A stretch of DNA of 53,060 bases from Conidiobolus incongruus B7586 (Eukaryota), in the NCBI GenBank assembly GCA_000697335.1, contig JNEM01011801.1:1-53060 (forward strand). The letters are read 5' to 3'. Below the pieces are notes generated by a model. The model did not search any database and was not told where the DNA came from. It saw only the letters and a list, made by a program, of their open reading frames with translations. This document shows, in pieces, positions 38,700 to 50,464 of this stretch (its first letter is position 1; each line of letters opens with the position of its first letter). Made by a program: the position numbers and the translations under genes.

Positions 38700-38791
38700 G
38701 ATGGGGGACTGGAGAATTTAATTTTAGTCAGTAATTAATCATTCATCCAAGCATTTTAATTCAATTGTCAACAAATTTAAGTCACTTGGCA
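38700..38791 (+). promoter_or_regulatory. Conserved upstream module of DWYG-type genes: GATGGGG(G)A(C/T)TGGAGAA ... AAGTCACTTGGCA
   Basis: Related modules at 42253-42344, 43884-43974 and 46758-46848, partially at 36822-36836 and ~45248-45332, each ~130-230 nt upstream of the ATG. Confidence 0.65.
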
Positions 38792-38923
38792 TAATTCGCG
38801 CTAAATTATATAAATTTTAATTTCAAAACAATTATTAAATATAAATAGATGATATATTAATTTGATGCGAAAGATATCAAAAATTGAATTTTATTTGTCT
38901 AATTATATTCATTAATAATCAAA

Positions 38924-39202
38924 ATGGTGTCTTTCAAGTCTTTGATCTTCTCCATTACTTTGGTCGCTGCTGCTCCTGTCTCTGAGTCTCAATCTGCCGA
39001 GTTGACTACCCAGTCTGAAGAAAATTTCCCCAACAATGGATGGGGACATAATAACTGGGGATACCATGGTGATAACTACTACAGACGTGATTGGTATGGA
39101 AACCGTGGCAACAACTACTATAGACGTGATTGGTATGGCCACCATGGTAACAACTATTACAGACGCGATTGGTACGGTAACCATGGAAGCAACTACTACT
39201 AG
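38924..39202 (+). CDS. KEP-type precursor: DWYG(N/H)(R/H)G(N/S)NYY x3
   Basis: Signal peptide, ..TTQSEENFP pro-region, and three RR-delimited 11-mers ending NYY-stop. Confidence 0.93.
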   Translation: MVSFKSLIFSITLVAAAPVSESQSAELTTQSEENFPNNGWGHNNWGYHGDNYYRRDWYGNRGNNYYRRDWYGHHGNNYYRRDWYGNHGSNYY

Positions 39203-40887
39203 ATCAATATAATATATGTGACAATTTTGCATTTTTCAAAAGAATAAATATTTACATTTTATTGGTAATATTTTGATTTTATAAAGAATTTATTTAGTCA
39301 GTTTTTTTAAATTAAATAATTTATTTTTCATATAACGTTGTTTAAAATATATCATAATTTATAACCAGAAACCATAGTATTTTACATATTAAAATTCCAA
39401 TCGCATTATATTTAATTTAATGTTTACCTACATAGTTAGATTTATATTATTCGATATGTTGAATAACATAATGAAAAATATGTTCAATTATTTAATTACA
39501 TATCATTTTAAATTAGATAACATAATTGATATCAAGGATATGCATGTCACCCTTAATACAATATTATTGATAGTAAATTCTTTGATGAATTGGAATCATG
39601 AAAAATAGCCATTTGTAACAGTAGCATATATATATATATATATATATATATTTATTTGTAAGTATATCAGATTATTATATAGAGGAATTGAAAAAGGTTT
39701 TATAGAATGAAGTTATTTATTCAATTTTTAAATAATATATCATAACTTTAATATTCTAATTATTAATAATAATCCTTAGAACATATTGGGATGATCATGA
39801 AAGATATTATAAGTATTATGTAAATTGAATTTGCCAATTGCATAATACATAAAAATTGAAAATAAATCAGAAGCTTGGCATTATTAAAATTTGATATTAA
39901 TTCAAATGATTTAGCCATTGTCACAATTTGTTATATATGAAGATTAAATTCAAATTTAAAATTTTCAACTGAAAAATGATTTTGCATCAGAAATGGTGAT
40001 TGGAAAGTTTTTTGATATTTACGATGATAATTTGAATTAGAAAAAAAACATGAAAGAGAACTAGTTTATAAAAATACATTATAAAAGGATACAAATATAA
40101 TGTAAACAAATACACAACTACCTACCACAAATAATTTCAAACTAAATTGATTGGTTTAAAAATATGATGATCAAAATCAAAACCTAAATATCTGTAAATA
40201 TTCCTTATCAAAATTTGGTTATTAACTAATACTTTAATCGATATATATAGATATGTTTTATTTTATAATAACATCAAATAATAGGTATGTATTTAAAATT
40301 TTTCATTGATTTATTTTATGTATCATATAATAAACTTCATAAGATTATCTTCAAAGATAATATTCATTGATAGAATTTTTTAGATAGGAATTAAACAACC
40401 TAATCAGTCTTGAATCTAATTGGCTAGTTGTTGAGAAATTACTGCTAATGAATAAATTCTGTATTCAATATAATATTGATGCAGTATTTCCTTATAATTA
40501 CATCATTTTAAAAGTATTATATCTATTTTAAATGTTTATAATAAAATTATGGCTCATTTGTATATGAAATATGGCAAATAATTATTGTGTTAAAATGTTG
40601 ATTGAAATTCCGCGCCTTGTTAAAAAAAGTTTGTATAGATTTACGAAGTGTGTTATGAATTTCCTAATTAAGATTTGTTGAGTGATTTTATTCTTGGATG
40701 TAGAATTCATCCAAACATTTTGAATTTTTAATCGAAAAATTGAATCACTGTTACATATTGAATTAAAGAAAATGATTTATAAAATCAATAGAAGAAAAGT
40801 ATAAATATCAGATAATTCCAAGCCATAGAATACATAAAAATATATATATTCAAATCAAATATTTATTTATATCAATCATTGACTAAT

Positions 40888-41190
40888 ATGGTTTCTTTCA
40901 AATCTCTCATCTTTTGCATTGCTTTGGTCGCTGCAACTCCTGATAATGAAGCCCAGTCTGCAGAGGTAACTGGCCAATACCAAGAATACTTCCCCAACTA
41001 TGGATGGAGATACTATAGTAACAACTACCACAGACGTGGTTGGTCTGGTTACCATAGTAATAATTATCACAGACGTGGTTGGTCTGGTTATCATAGTAAC
41101 AATTATCACAGACGCGGTATGTACGGCTACCATGGTAACAACTATCACAGACGTGGTTGGTATGGTTATCACGGAAACAACTACCACTGA
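40888..41190 (+). CDS. KEP-type precursor: G(W/M)(S/Y)GYH(S/G)NNYH x4
   Basis: True start is the ATG at 40888 (MVSFKSLIF). Four RR-delimited 11-mers end in YH, and the last ends YH-stop. Confidence 0.92.
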   Translation: MVSFKSLIFCIALVAATPDNEAQSAEVTGQYQEYFPNYGWRYYSNNYHRRGWSGYHSNNYHRRGWSGYHSNNYHRRGMYGYHGNNYHRRGWYGYHGNNYH

Positions 41191-42470
41191 AAGACCATAT
41201 TATTTAACCATTATTTTTCCATTGTTGTCAATAAATTATTTAAAATTCAGAAAAAAAAATTCTTATTATTAAATTTGAAATATAAAAGAATTTTATTCTA
41301 ATTTTATACTTAAATTTGATATTTTATGCGATTCTTTAATTGAATTTTTAAATCACTATCTCATTCCTAAAATTAATATCCTAACTAGTAATATTGTTAT
41401 GTTTAAATTTTTGAATCAGACTCAATTATATGATTTAATACTTTAATTCAAATATTGCAATTAAAAGATTTTCTCAATAATGCTTTCAATTATTTTAAAT
41501 TATTAATTATGAAATAAAAACTCATAGTTTATGTTGTCAATTTTATTTTCTATATTATAAGATGGTAATTGATTAAAGAAACTCATATAAGGAAACTTGA
41601 CCGTTATTGAATATATTACAAACATCTTCTTATTGACCTAATAAATAAATTTTATTTCCTGAAATAAAAGATCTGAAGATGTGGCTGAAATATTGAATCT
41701 AAATTCTAGTTATGAAAATTTATTCTTCAAATTATTGGAAATAGGAAAAAGCCTAAAATATATAAATCACTGTTATGATATATAAAAAAATCTTTCAATT
41801 AAGTTATCAATCTAATATATATTAAAAGATTTATAGAAATTTAATGGAAATACCATATTTTGTGAATAAATAAATATATAAACAGTTAATTGATATTCAA
41901 CATAAATCTAATATATACCAAATGTTAATAATAAATAATAATATTGAAAATTATCAAATTTAAATATCTCAAGTATTTGGACAAATTCCATATAATCACA
42001 TCAATTTAATTTAATTTTTCATCATTGTGGATCATAGCTAAATATATTTGATGAAAATTGAGATATAATCTACATACTAATTCAATTTGGAGTTTCGAAA
42101 TTTTGGAGAATGCTATAAATTATCAAATTTATCATTTTTCCAGCTTGATTAAAAATGATTTACTATTAAGATATTAAATAATAAAAAAGATATAAATTTT
42201 AAAATATATCTATTTATAATTTTCGTTGGAGACATGTTGGCATTGAATCGAAGATAGGGACCTGGAGAAATTTATTTTTAGTCTGGGATGAAGCATAAAC
42301 CCTTATATTTTAATTTGTTGATAGAAAAATTAAATCACTTGGCAAAATAAGAAGAAAATGTATTTGAAATTGAAATACTTATAGTATTAATAGTGAAAGT
42401 TTTCAAATTGTAAAATGCAATCAAATCACAAATATTTAAATCAAAATTTAGTTTTAATATAATAATAAAA

Positions 42471-42671
42471 ATGATTGCTTTCAAATCTCTCATATTTTCT
42501 ATTGGACTGATCACTGCTGCTCCTGTCTCTGAGTCTCAATCTGCTGAGTTATCTTCCCAATCTGAAGAAAATTTCCCTAACAATGAATGGGGACATAATA
42601 ACTGGGGATACCATTATGATAACTACTACAGACGCGATTGTTATAGTCACCATAGTAACAATTACTATTAA
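42471..42671 (+). CDS. Short divergent KEP-type precursor (single RR; DCYSHHSNNYY), possibly decaying
   Basis: Intact 66-aa ORF with the family signal and pro-region. Core W->C and G->S/D/E substitutions, and no clean TATAAA upstream. Confidence 0.75.
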   Translation: MIAFKSLIFSIGLITAAPVSESQSAELSSQSEENFPNNEWGHNNWGYHYDNYYRRDCYSHHSNNYY

Positions 42672-43421
42672 CTCAATACTGCATGTTAAGAATTAATTAT
42701 CATTTTTTAAATAATAAAATTTTTAATTCCAATATAATATTTTGAATCACTAATCGAATTTATTCTTTCATACAGAATTGTTTCAATATGTAGTACTATT
42801 GGAATTTAAAAATTAATATGTTAATCCTGATAAAATATTATAAATTTTAGATATAGTATTTCATTTTATTTTGAACCTATACTATATGAATGAAAAATAT
42901 TAATAATTAAAAATCAATAAAAGGCTAACAATATACAAATATATTAACTTATAATGAATAGTTAATTCAAAATTATTAGTAATGCTAACAATAATTATAT
43001 ATTCTCGAATTATGTATTAAATAGCCAAATATGATATTTCAATCAATAAGAAATATATTTTTATTTCATTTTTTGATAATACTCTAAATAGATATTGATC
43101 AAAATTTACTTTTGAATCAAAATTAATTATAAATTTCCAACATTATTAATATATGTACTATTGATTGTATAAAATTGAGATATATTTTGTAGATATATAT
43201 TAATAAAAAGCATAAGTGATTAATTACAAATAGTTTATTATTCTGGTATTTTGAAAGATTTTATAATAACCTAAGAAATAGATTTTTATGTGAATCAGGT
43301 GTTTGATTGTATCTATGATGCTTTGTATTAAAATCAAGTTAATTCAAGTGTGATAAATATGGAGAATAACTATGATTACCTCTTAGATATTTTGTGTCTA
43401 AGTAATTATATTAAAATATAT

Positions 43422-43755
43422 TGTCGCGGATCGGGAGGTCCGCTCGCCTTTCAATTTTAACCGTCCGTCAAGATTCCAGATGTAATCCACTCACAAATAT
43501 CAGGAACAACCCTTGCACAATGGAAAATTCCAGACTATAGCAGAAGCTGGAGCCTCAACACATTGGCCAAGGATCAACCACACTATAAAATAGTCACTGG
43601 ACAGATATTTGCTGAGGGATCACTTCGATCAGGGCCAAGCCCTAGATCTTGCTATTTTAATAAAACTCCTCTAAAGTATCTAGTTAGCCATCTTTGGCCC
43701 GTTTCATCGAGCTCACGTGATCTTTATCGCAAGACTACTTCCCAGAAGCCTTGCA
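43422..43755 (+). mobile_element. Solo LTR
   Basis: 334-bp GC-richer block TGTCGCG...TTGCA with TG..CA ends and a 4-bp TSD ATAT on both sides. Internal cactataaaa and aataaa. Confidence 0.85.
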
Positions 43756-44110
43756 ATATTTTAATTCAATAGTATCAAATTGATTTAAAATATTTAGCCA
43801 TGACTATATTATATTTAGATTATAATATCATTGTTTCAAACAAAATTTGTGGTGTTATGGGGAACAGATCGATTTGCTTCGCAGATGGGGATTGGAGAAA
43901 ACATTTTTGGTCTCAAATCAAGCAATTACCCAAATAATTTAATTTTGTTGGTGGAGAAATTAAGTCACTTGGCATATAGTATATTAGTGATAAAGGTATA
44001 TGATATGGCAAGTATGACTAGTATAAATAGTAAGCATTTCCAAATAATAGTCTACATCAAATAATCCATATTTAAATCTAATCTTACTTTCAAATTAATT
44101 AATAATCAAA

Positions 44111-44389
44111 ATGGTGTCTTTCAAGTCTTTGATCTTCTCCATTGCTTTGATCGCTGCTGCTCCTGCCTCTGAGTCTCAATCTGTTGAGCTAACTACCCAG
44201 TCTGAAGAAAATTTCCCTAACAATGGATGGGGACATAATAACTGGGGATACCATGGTGATAACTACTACAGACGTGATTGGTATGGAAACCGTGGCAACA
44301 ACTACTATAGACGTGATTGGTATGGCAACCATGGTAACAACTATTACAGACGCGATTGGTATGGCAATCACGGCAACAACTACTACTAA
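44111..44389 (+). CDS. KEP-type precursor: DWYGNRGNNYY + DWYGNHGNNYY x2
   Basis: Signal peptide, pro-region, and three RR-delimited 11-mers ending NYY-stop. Confidence 0.93.
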   Translation: MVSFKSLIFSIALIAAAPASESQSVELTTQSEENFPNNGWGHNNWGYHGDNYYRRDWYGNRGNNYYRRDWYGNHGNNYYRRDWYGNHGNNYY

Positions 44390-45468
44390 ATCAACATGGC
44401 ATTTTAACAAAATAATTTTGCATATTTTTATCAATATATATCGTAATATAATCTCTAAAGCACTTACATATAACAAAATTCTAAATTTTCGGCTTTTCTG
44501 TCAAATATTTTTCTACTAATTTCTATTTTTCTGAGTTATTTTTAATATTTAAAAGACAGATATAATTAGATATGTTTCGTATAAAACACTATTTGAGTAA
44601 ATATTATTAAATATTACTACGATACATATTTGATATTTCAATATGTATTCAATGTTATTTTTTTTATGAAATTCCATATTACCACTTAAAATTTGAATAT
44701 TATATTACTAATTTTAAAATTATGATCCAAGTCATTATAATTTTGATAAGTATCATAATATTTAGATTAAAAAGATTTTAAATATTAATACACTTAAATA
44801 AATAATAGATTTAGAATAATATAAATAATTTCTTTGCAAGATTATCTTAGATAAACTATTTAATTGTAAATGTAACTTATTGAAAATAATACTTGATTCA
44901 AAATAATGATTCTTTAATAAAAATAATTTTTAAATATTTATTAAGGATTCGTAATATAATCAAGCAATTATAATATCAAATAAAGTATAATAGTTACCAT
45001 ATAATTATTAAAAACTAAACTTGATTTTGTCAAGGTTTTGAATAGAAATAAAATACTATAGCTGAATATTTTATTGAACAACTGTTTTAGAATCAATTTT
45101 AATTACAATAATGAATATTTAGATATTTTTAATGGTGAAAAACTATATTAATTTATATAATTAACTCTAAAAATATCTTTCAATCTAATATCATTTTTAA
45201 AATGAATTGATATATACTCTGGGGGAAATGATGGCAATTCATTGAAAATGGAGAATGGGGTATTTCAAATTTCAAATCATTCAATAACCAAAACCTGTTA
45301 ATTTTGTTGATTGAAAATTTAGATAACTTGGAAAATTACGATCAAATCATGAATATATTAAAAATATAATATAGCGATTAGTATAAATATTGAATGTCTG
45401 CTAGCAATATAAAATATCAAACTATATTCTCAAAACTTATCACAAAATTAAATTAATCAATTATCAAC

Positions 45469-45747
45469 ATGGTATCTTTCAAGTCACTTATCTTCGCTTT
45501 TGCTTTGGTCGCTGCTGCTCCTGTCTCTGAGTCTCAATCTGCTGAGTTAACTACCCAATCTGAAGAAAATTTCCCTAACAATGGATGGGGACATAATAAC
45601 TGGGGATACCATGGTGATAACTACTACAGACGTGATTGGTATGGCAATCATGGCAACAACTATTACAGACGAGATTGGTATGGAAACCATGGCAACAACT
45701 ACTACAGACGTGACTGGTATGGCAATCACGGCAACAACTACTACTAA
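45469..45747 (+). CDS. KEP-type precursor: DWYGNHGNNYY x3
   Basis: Three identical peptide units encoded with synonymous codon variation, ending NYY-stop. Confidence 0.93.
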   Translation: MVSFKSLIFAFALVAAAPVSESQSAELTTQSEENFPNNGWGHNNWGYHGDNYYRRDWYGNHGNNYYRRDWYGNHGNNYYRRDWYGNHGNNYY

Positions 45748-46984
45748 ATTGATATAACATTATTTACCCTTTTTTCCATATATGCATCAATAAAATCAAA
45801 ATTTTCATATTATTTACAACTATCTAGTAGATAAATCTCAAATTCACATAATGATGATATTTTATATTAATATACAAATTCTTATACTGAATTTTAGTGT
45901 ATATAATGCAATAGTGTATAAAATTAAAAGTTGAATTATTACAATTTAATCTATTAAATATTTTTTATAATATTTATGTTCTAAAAACTCTATAAATCAA
46001 ATAGAGATTTAGGTATTAATTTTATTTTTAATTTTCATCATCAGCCTAATATCACATACTTGTTTCCTTTATTAACATTATGAAATTATCTTATTAAATT
46101 ATACTTGATTGTATATCTTTTAATATTCAAAATCTCATTTATTAAGCATAATTACTACTGGATAAATTTACAATATATTAATAATAATAATATATATATA
46201 TATATAATCATAGTGTATTAATACTTATATTAATACTCTGATATTCAAAATAAATTTTGTTGTTTAAATTTGAAAGATTTTATACCTATTTGTAGAAATA
46301 GGAATTTTTTTAATGTGATAAATTGAATGAAAATACATATCAGCCTTAATTGTAAATTAGTTTAATATAAATATTTATATAATGATATGAAATTTTGCTA
46401 AACTAATAGCACTATATTTAAATTTCAAATAACATTTTTAATAAATTAACTTATCTCTTATACTTAAATTTAGAGATATTTTTTATTATAAATATTTATT
46501 AATCTTTAAAATTAATATTTTGCCCATATCTTAATGAATTTCATTTTCAATTTTAACACATTCACTTAATATCAAAGAAATAAAAAATTAAGTAAAAATA
46601 TTTGATCTGAACTTGAAGTTATATTGAATATTTGGTTTACTATAATATCACATTTAATTAAATTATTTACATTAAAATCATATGTAATAAATAATTTCTT
46701 TGTCAACAAGTCTAAATATGAAATTTTATATTGGAGAAAAGATGGATATGCATTGCAGATGGGGACTGGGGAAATTATTTTTAGTTTGAAATCGAGCAAT
46801 TACCCAAATAATTTAATTTTGTTGGTGGAGAAATTAAGTCACTTGGCATATAGTATATTAGTGATAAAGGTATATGATATGGCAAGTATGACTAGTATAA
46901 ATAGTAAGCATTTCCAAATAATAGTCTACATCAAATAATCCATATTTAAATCTAATCTTACTTTCAAATTAATTAATAATCAAA

Positions 46985-47263
46985 ATGGTGTCTTTCAAGT
47001 CTTTGATCTTCTCCATTGCTTTGATCGCTGCTGCTCCTGCCTCTGAGTCTCAATCTGTTGAGCTAACTACCCAGTCTGAAGAAAATTTCCCTAACAATGG
47101 ATGGGGACATAATAACTGGGGATACCATGGTGATAACTACTACAGACGTGATTGGTATGGAAACCGTGGCAACAACTACTATAGACGTGATTGGTATGGC
47201 AACCATGGTAACAACTATTACAGACGCGATTGGTATGGCAACCACGGAAATAACTACTATTAA
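46985..47263 (+). CDS. KEP-type precursor, protein identical to 44111
   Basis: Identical 92-aa protein. DNA is identical to the 44111 copy from ~190 nt upstream to near the stop. Confidence 0.93.
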   Translation: MVSFKSLIFSIALIAAAPASESQSVELTTQSEENFPNNGWGHNNWGYHGDNYYRRDWYGNRGNNYYRRDWYGNHGNNYYRRDWYGNHGNNYY

Positions 47264-48852
47264 AGCAGTATATCATTTTCATCCAACCAATTTTTGCATA
47301 TCCATTGATAATAAAAAATACTGTATAATTTTCAATACTTTTGATATGTTATTTTTATATTATAAATATACATGAACATTTATATTGATATAATATTTCG
47401 ATTTTATCAAAACATAAGCTTGTAAATTGATTAAAAGTGTGATTTTATTGATTAAATATTTCTTTGTTCAGCATTTCTATAATTATAATATAACAAATAA
47501 TCAAAATTATCATTGATTATATTAAAATATAAATTTATTATATTTTAAAAATATTATTTTAATATATAGATATTTTGGTTAGATAGTAATCAGTTTTTAC
47601 TATGGCCTTTATCCAATCAATTTAAAAGTTCACTTGAGTATTTATATTTATACTTCACCAATTTTCAGATAAATATCCAAATTATGTTTATTTTCTTGCC
47701 AGATTTTAGAATATATAAGCCATTTTATATTCTAAATTCGAATATAATAATATACTGCTCTATTACTGAAATTATCATGGATATACCTTGATATTACAAT
47801 TTATTGTGATGAAATTACCATTCAAATTACTAATACTATTTACCTCAATCTACTAAAAATTATTAATATATTAAAAAATTTATATGAGTATTTACAGTTT
47901 TTAAACCCGGGAGTTTCATTGACAAAAAAATAATAGATATTAGTAAATCAATAAAAATAAAATATAAATTATGAATTAAAGAGTTAGGTCATATATTTTT
48001 CAATTAATTTCAATTTTTTAATGTTTGAGAAAAATATTATATTAATTTGATTTGAAAATATACATATGTTCTTTCATCATATTAATATTAAAAATTTTAA
48101 CTACATTTCCATAGACTAAAATTCATTATTAATTTTTTTTTTGAAAATAAAATATCGAATAAAAATAATATGAACAAATTGTTTTATACGAATTAACGCT
48201 TTTCAACTCCATATTTAGATAGTTTTATACATTTTTACGATACAAGAACTAGTTCCAAACTCAAGCTAGGGATTGATTTTTATAAAATAGAGCTGATATT
48301 ATAAAAATTGAAAAATCATAGGTTTGACAATATAATTTTATATTCAACTATATCAACAAATAGATATTTTGATATTACAATTTCATTATGAATTAAGTGA
48401 TTAACAATATCCTTATTGGTGGAATAAATTTTCAATTTATTCATAAATTTAAATATATATATATATATATATATATGATTATCCATGTCAAATTATTTCT
48501 TAAAGCTTACAAAATATCATTTATTAATTTCTAAAAATAGAAACTTGATCTGATCATTTTCTGATTTGATCTTTTTGAAATCACCAAAATATTTATTAAA
48601 ATAAATTGAAGAAATTGATGATGACAAATTAAATCTGATCTGAATTTAAAATTAATTATATATTTAAGACAGAGAGATTGATTCCTATCTTTAATGAAAA
48701 GTAGACATAATATTTTAATGTTATTTATTAGAGAAATAAGCCATTTGGCATACAGTATAATAAATTATATTCTAATAGATTGGGTGAAAGTATCAGTAAT
48801 GTAAATTTGATTTTATTCTTAAACTTGCAATACATCAATCAATAAGGAACTA

Positions 48853-49074
48853 ATGATCGACTTGACACCTTATAATCTATTGATCTTGGTTATTGCTTTG
48901 ACTGCTACGGTTCCAGTTTCTGACTTTCAAAATGGCAAATTAATTTCTCAATTTGAATAAAGATTTCCCGAACAATAGATGGGATTTGGCATCTACTATA
49001 AACGAGATTCGAATGGTAATCATGCCAACATCTACTATAGAAGATAATCGAATTATGCAAATCACAACTTTTAA
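48853..49074 (+). pseudogene. KEP-family pseudogene (DWYG-like)
   Basis: Reads MIDLTPYNLLILVIALTATVPVSDFQNGKLISQFE*RFPEQ*MGFGIYYKRDSNGNHANIYYRR*..., with recognisable signal, pro-region and YY(K/R)R junctions plus in-frame stops. Confidence 0.75.
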
Positions 49075-49905
49075 TAAAAGCAAGGGTTATTAATATATTT
49101 TTACTATTTGTAATAATTAAATTTCAATAACAGCTGCATTTATCATAAATTTATCAATATTAAAATTTTTAAATTTTGAAACTGTGAATTTATAATTACT
49201 AAAAAATTTTCATTTAAATCAAAATATTGACGATGAATTTTATTCTTTTGCTGAATACAATTTTAATAATTTGAAATTAATTAATAAAATCTTGGGAACT
49301 GGTATATTTATTATTTATTATTAAAAATATGAATATTTGAAATTTTCGTATACTTAAATACAGATTAGAATCAAATTAGATTTATTATGAATTTAATTAG
49401 GAGATTTGAATATTTTAAGTTAGAACTAATAAATCAAAGTATTACTTTATTAAAACACAACTGTTTGAAACATCAATTATCAATTTTGACTTAAAAAATC
49501 TAACTGAAATTCGAGAAATTTATAATATCTCAAACAATTTGATAGAAATTAAGATCTTTCTTCATCAAACTAGAAAATAGTTTAAATATTTTGAAAAATT
49601 TAAATAATAATAGTGGCTTTGACTGCTAAGTATCGATACTGACCAAGGTACAGAATTTTAAATTTTATTATTTCCCTAATTTTTTAGAGAAGCTGGAATC
49701 AATCAATGATATAATTCAACAATTTATAGTTAAAATCGAAGTCCCAAGCCAACTGTAAAGCATGAACCTCTTGGCTATGAGCAGAACTAGATTAACTTAT
49801 ATAATCCAAGAACTCGAAGTAACAAAAATACTTATTTAAGAATACTTAATTTTGTGGTCAAACCATTTTATAATATTAACTCAATTTTATTACACAATCG
49901 CTAAA

Positions 49906-50193
49906 ACGGTCTTGTTCAAATATCTTGTCTTCACAATTACACTGGCTGCTGTTGCCTCCATTACAGGCGCAAAAAATACCAAACTTGATGAACACTCTAA
50001 AGGAAGCTACTTTCATGGTGCATGTGGCCACAACAACTGAGACTATCATCATGATAACTACCACAGATGCTGATGAAGTTTGAGAAGTCATCATGACAAT
50101 AGATATTACAGACTTCAGTGAGGGAATGTTAATCACAGGAACTACTAGAGAAGACAATGGGACTAGAGCCATCACTAAGGCAATTACTACTAA
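49906..50193 (+). pseudogene. KEP-family pseudogene (QWGWG-like)
   Basis: ACG (mutated ATG) VLFKYLVFT.., then GHNN*..NYHR..NY*RRQWD*SHH*GNYY*. Several Trp codons have become TGA/TAG. Confidence 0.85.
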
Positions 50194-50209
50194 TTGGTAT
50201 ACTTATGTT

Positions 50210-50464
50210 GTATTTCAAAATTAACCATCCATCTTGGTTCGATAGTTAAACCAATATTATCACTAATTTAAGCAGACTTTGCTAGTCCATAATTATAGGA
50301 TACCATTCACTGAAGCAACTATTTAAACCCAGAAGTGATAAAGATAGAGAGTTTTTTCTGGATATTCTGCTACAATGTCTCAACAGTAAGTTTTAAGTCA
50401 TTCAGGATTAATAATCAATTAACTAAATCGTATTACAAGTACTTTTCTAACAACCCTCTTTATT
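50210..50464 (-). repeat. Dispersed repeat, copy 3 (inverted relative to 10106)
   Basis: Close reverse complement of 10109-10364, starting 17 nt after the pseudogene stop. Confidence 0.85.

Noticed and set aside
43831..46938. ORFs 43831-44064 and 46624-46938 sharing an identical C-terminal peptide
   Set aside because: The identity is explained by the duplicated/converted KEP promoter tract. Starts are non-ATG and there is no protein-like signal.
106..47375. Many Val/Ile/Met-rich antisense ORFs and Thr/Met/Ile-rich shifted-frame ORFs overlapping the peptide genes (e.g. 6260-6616, 25868-26221, 17454-17729, 40876-41187)
   Set aside because: These are shadows of NAY-rich (Tyr/Asp/Asn/His) codon repeats, which give stop-free alternative frames. 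They have no signal peptide or independent conservation.
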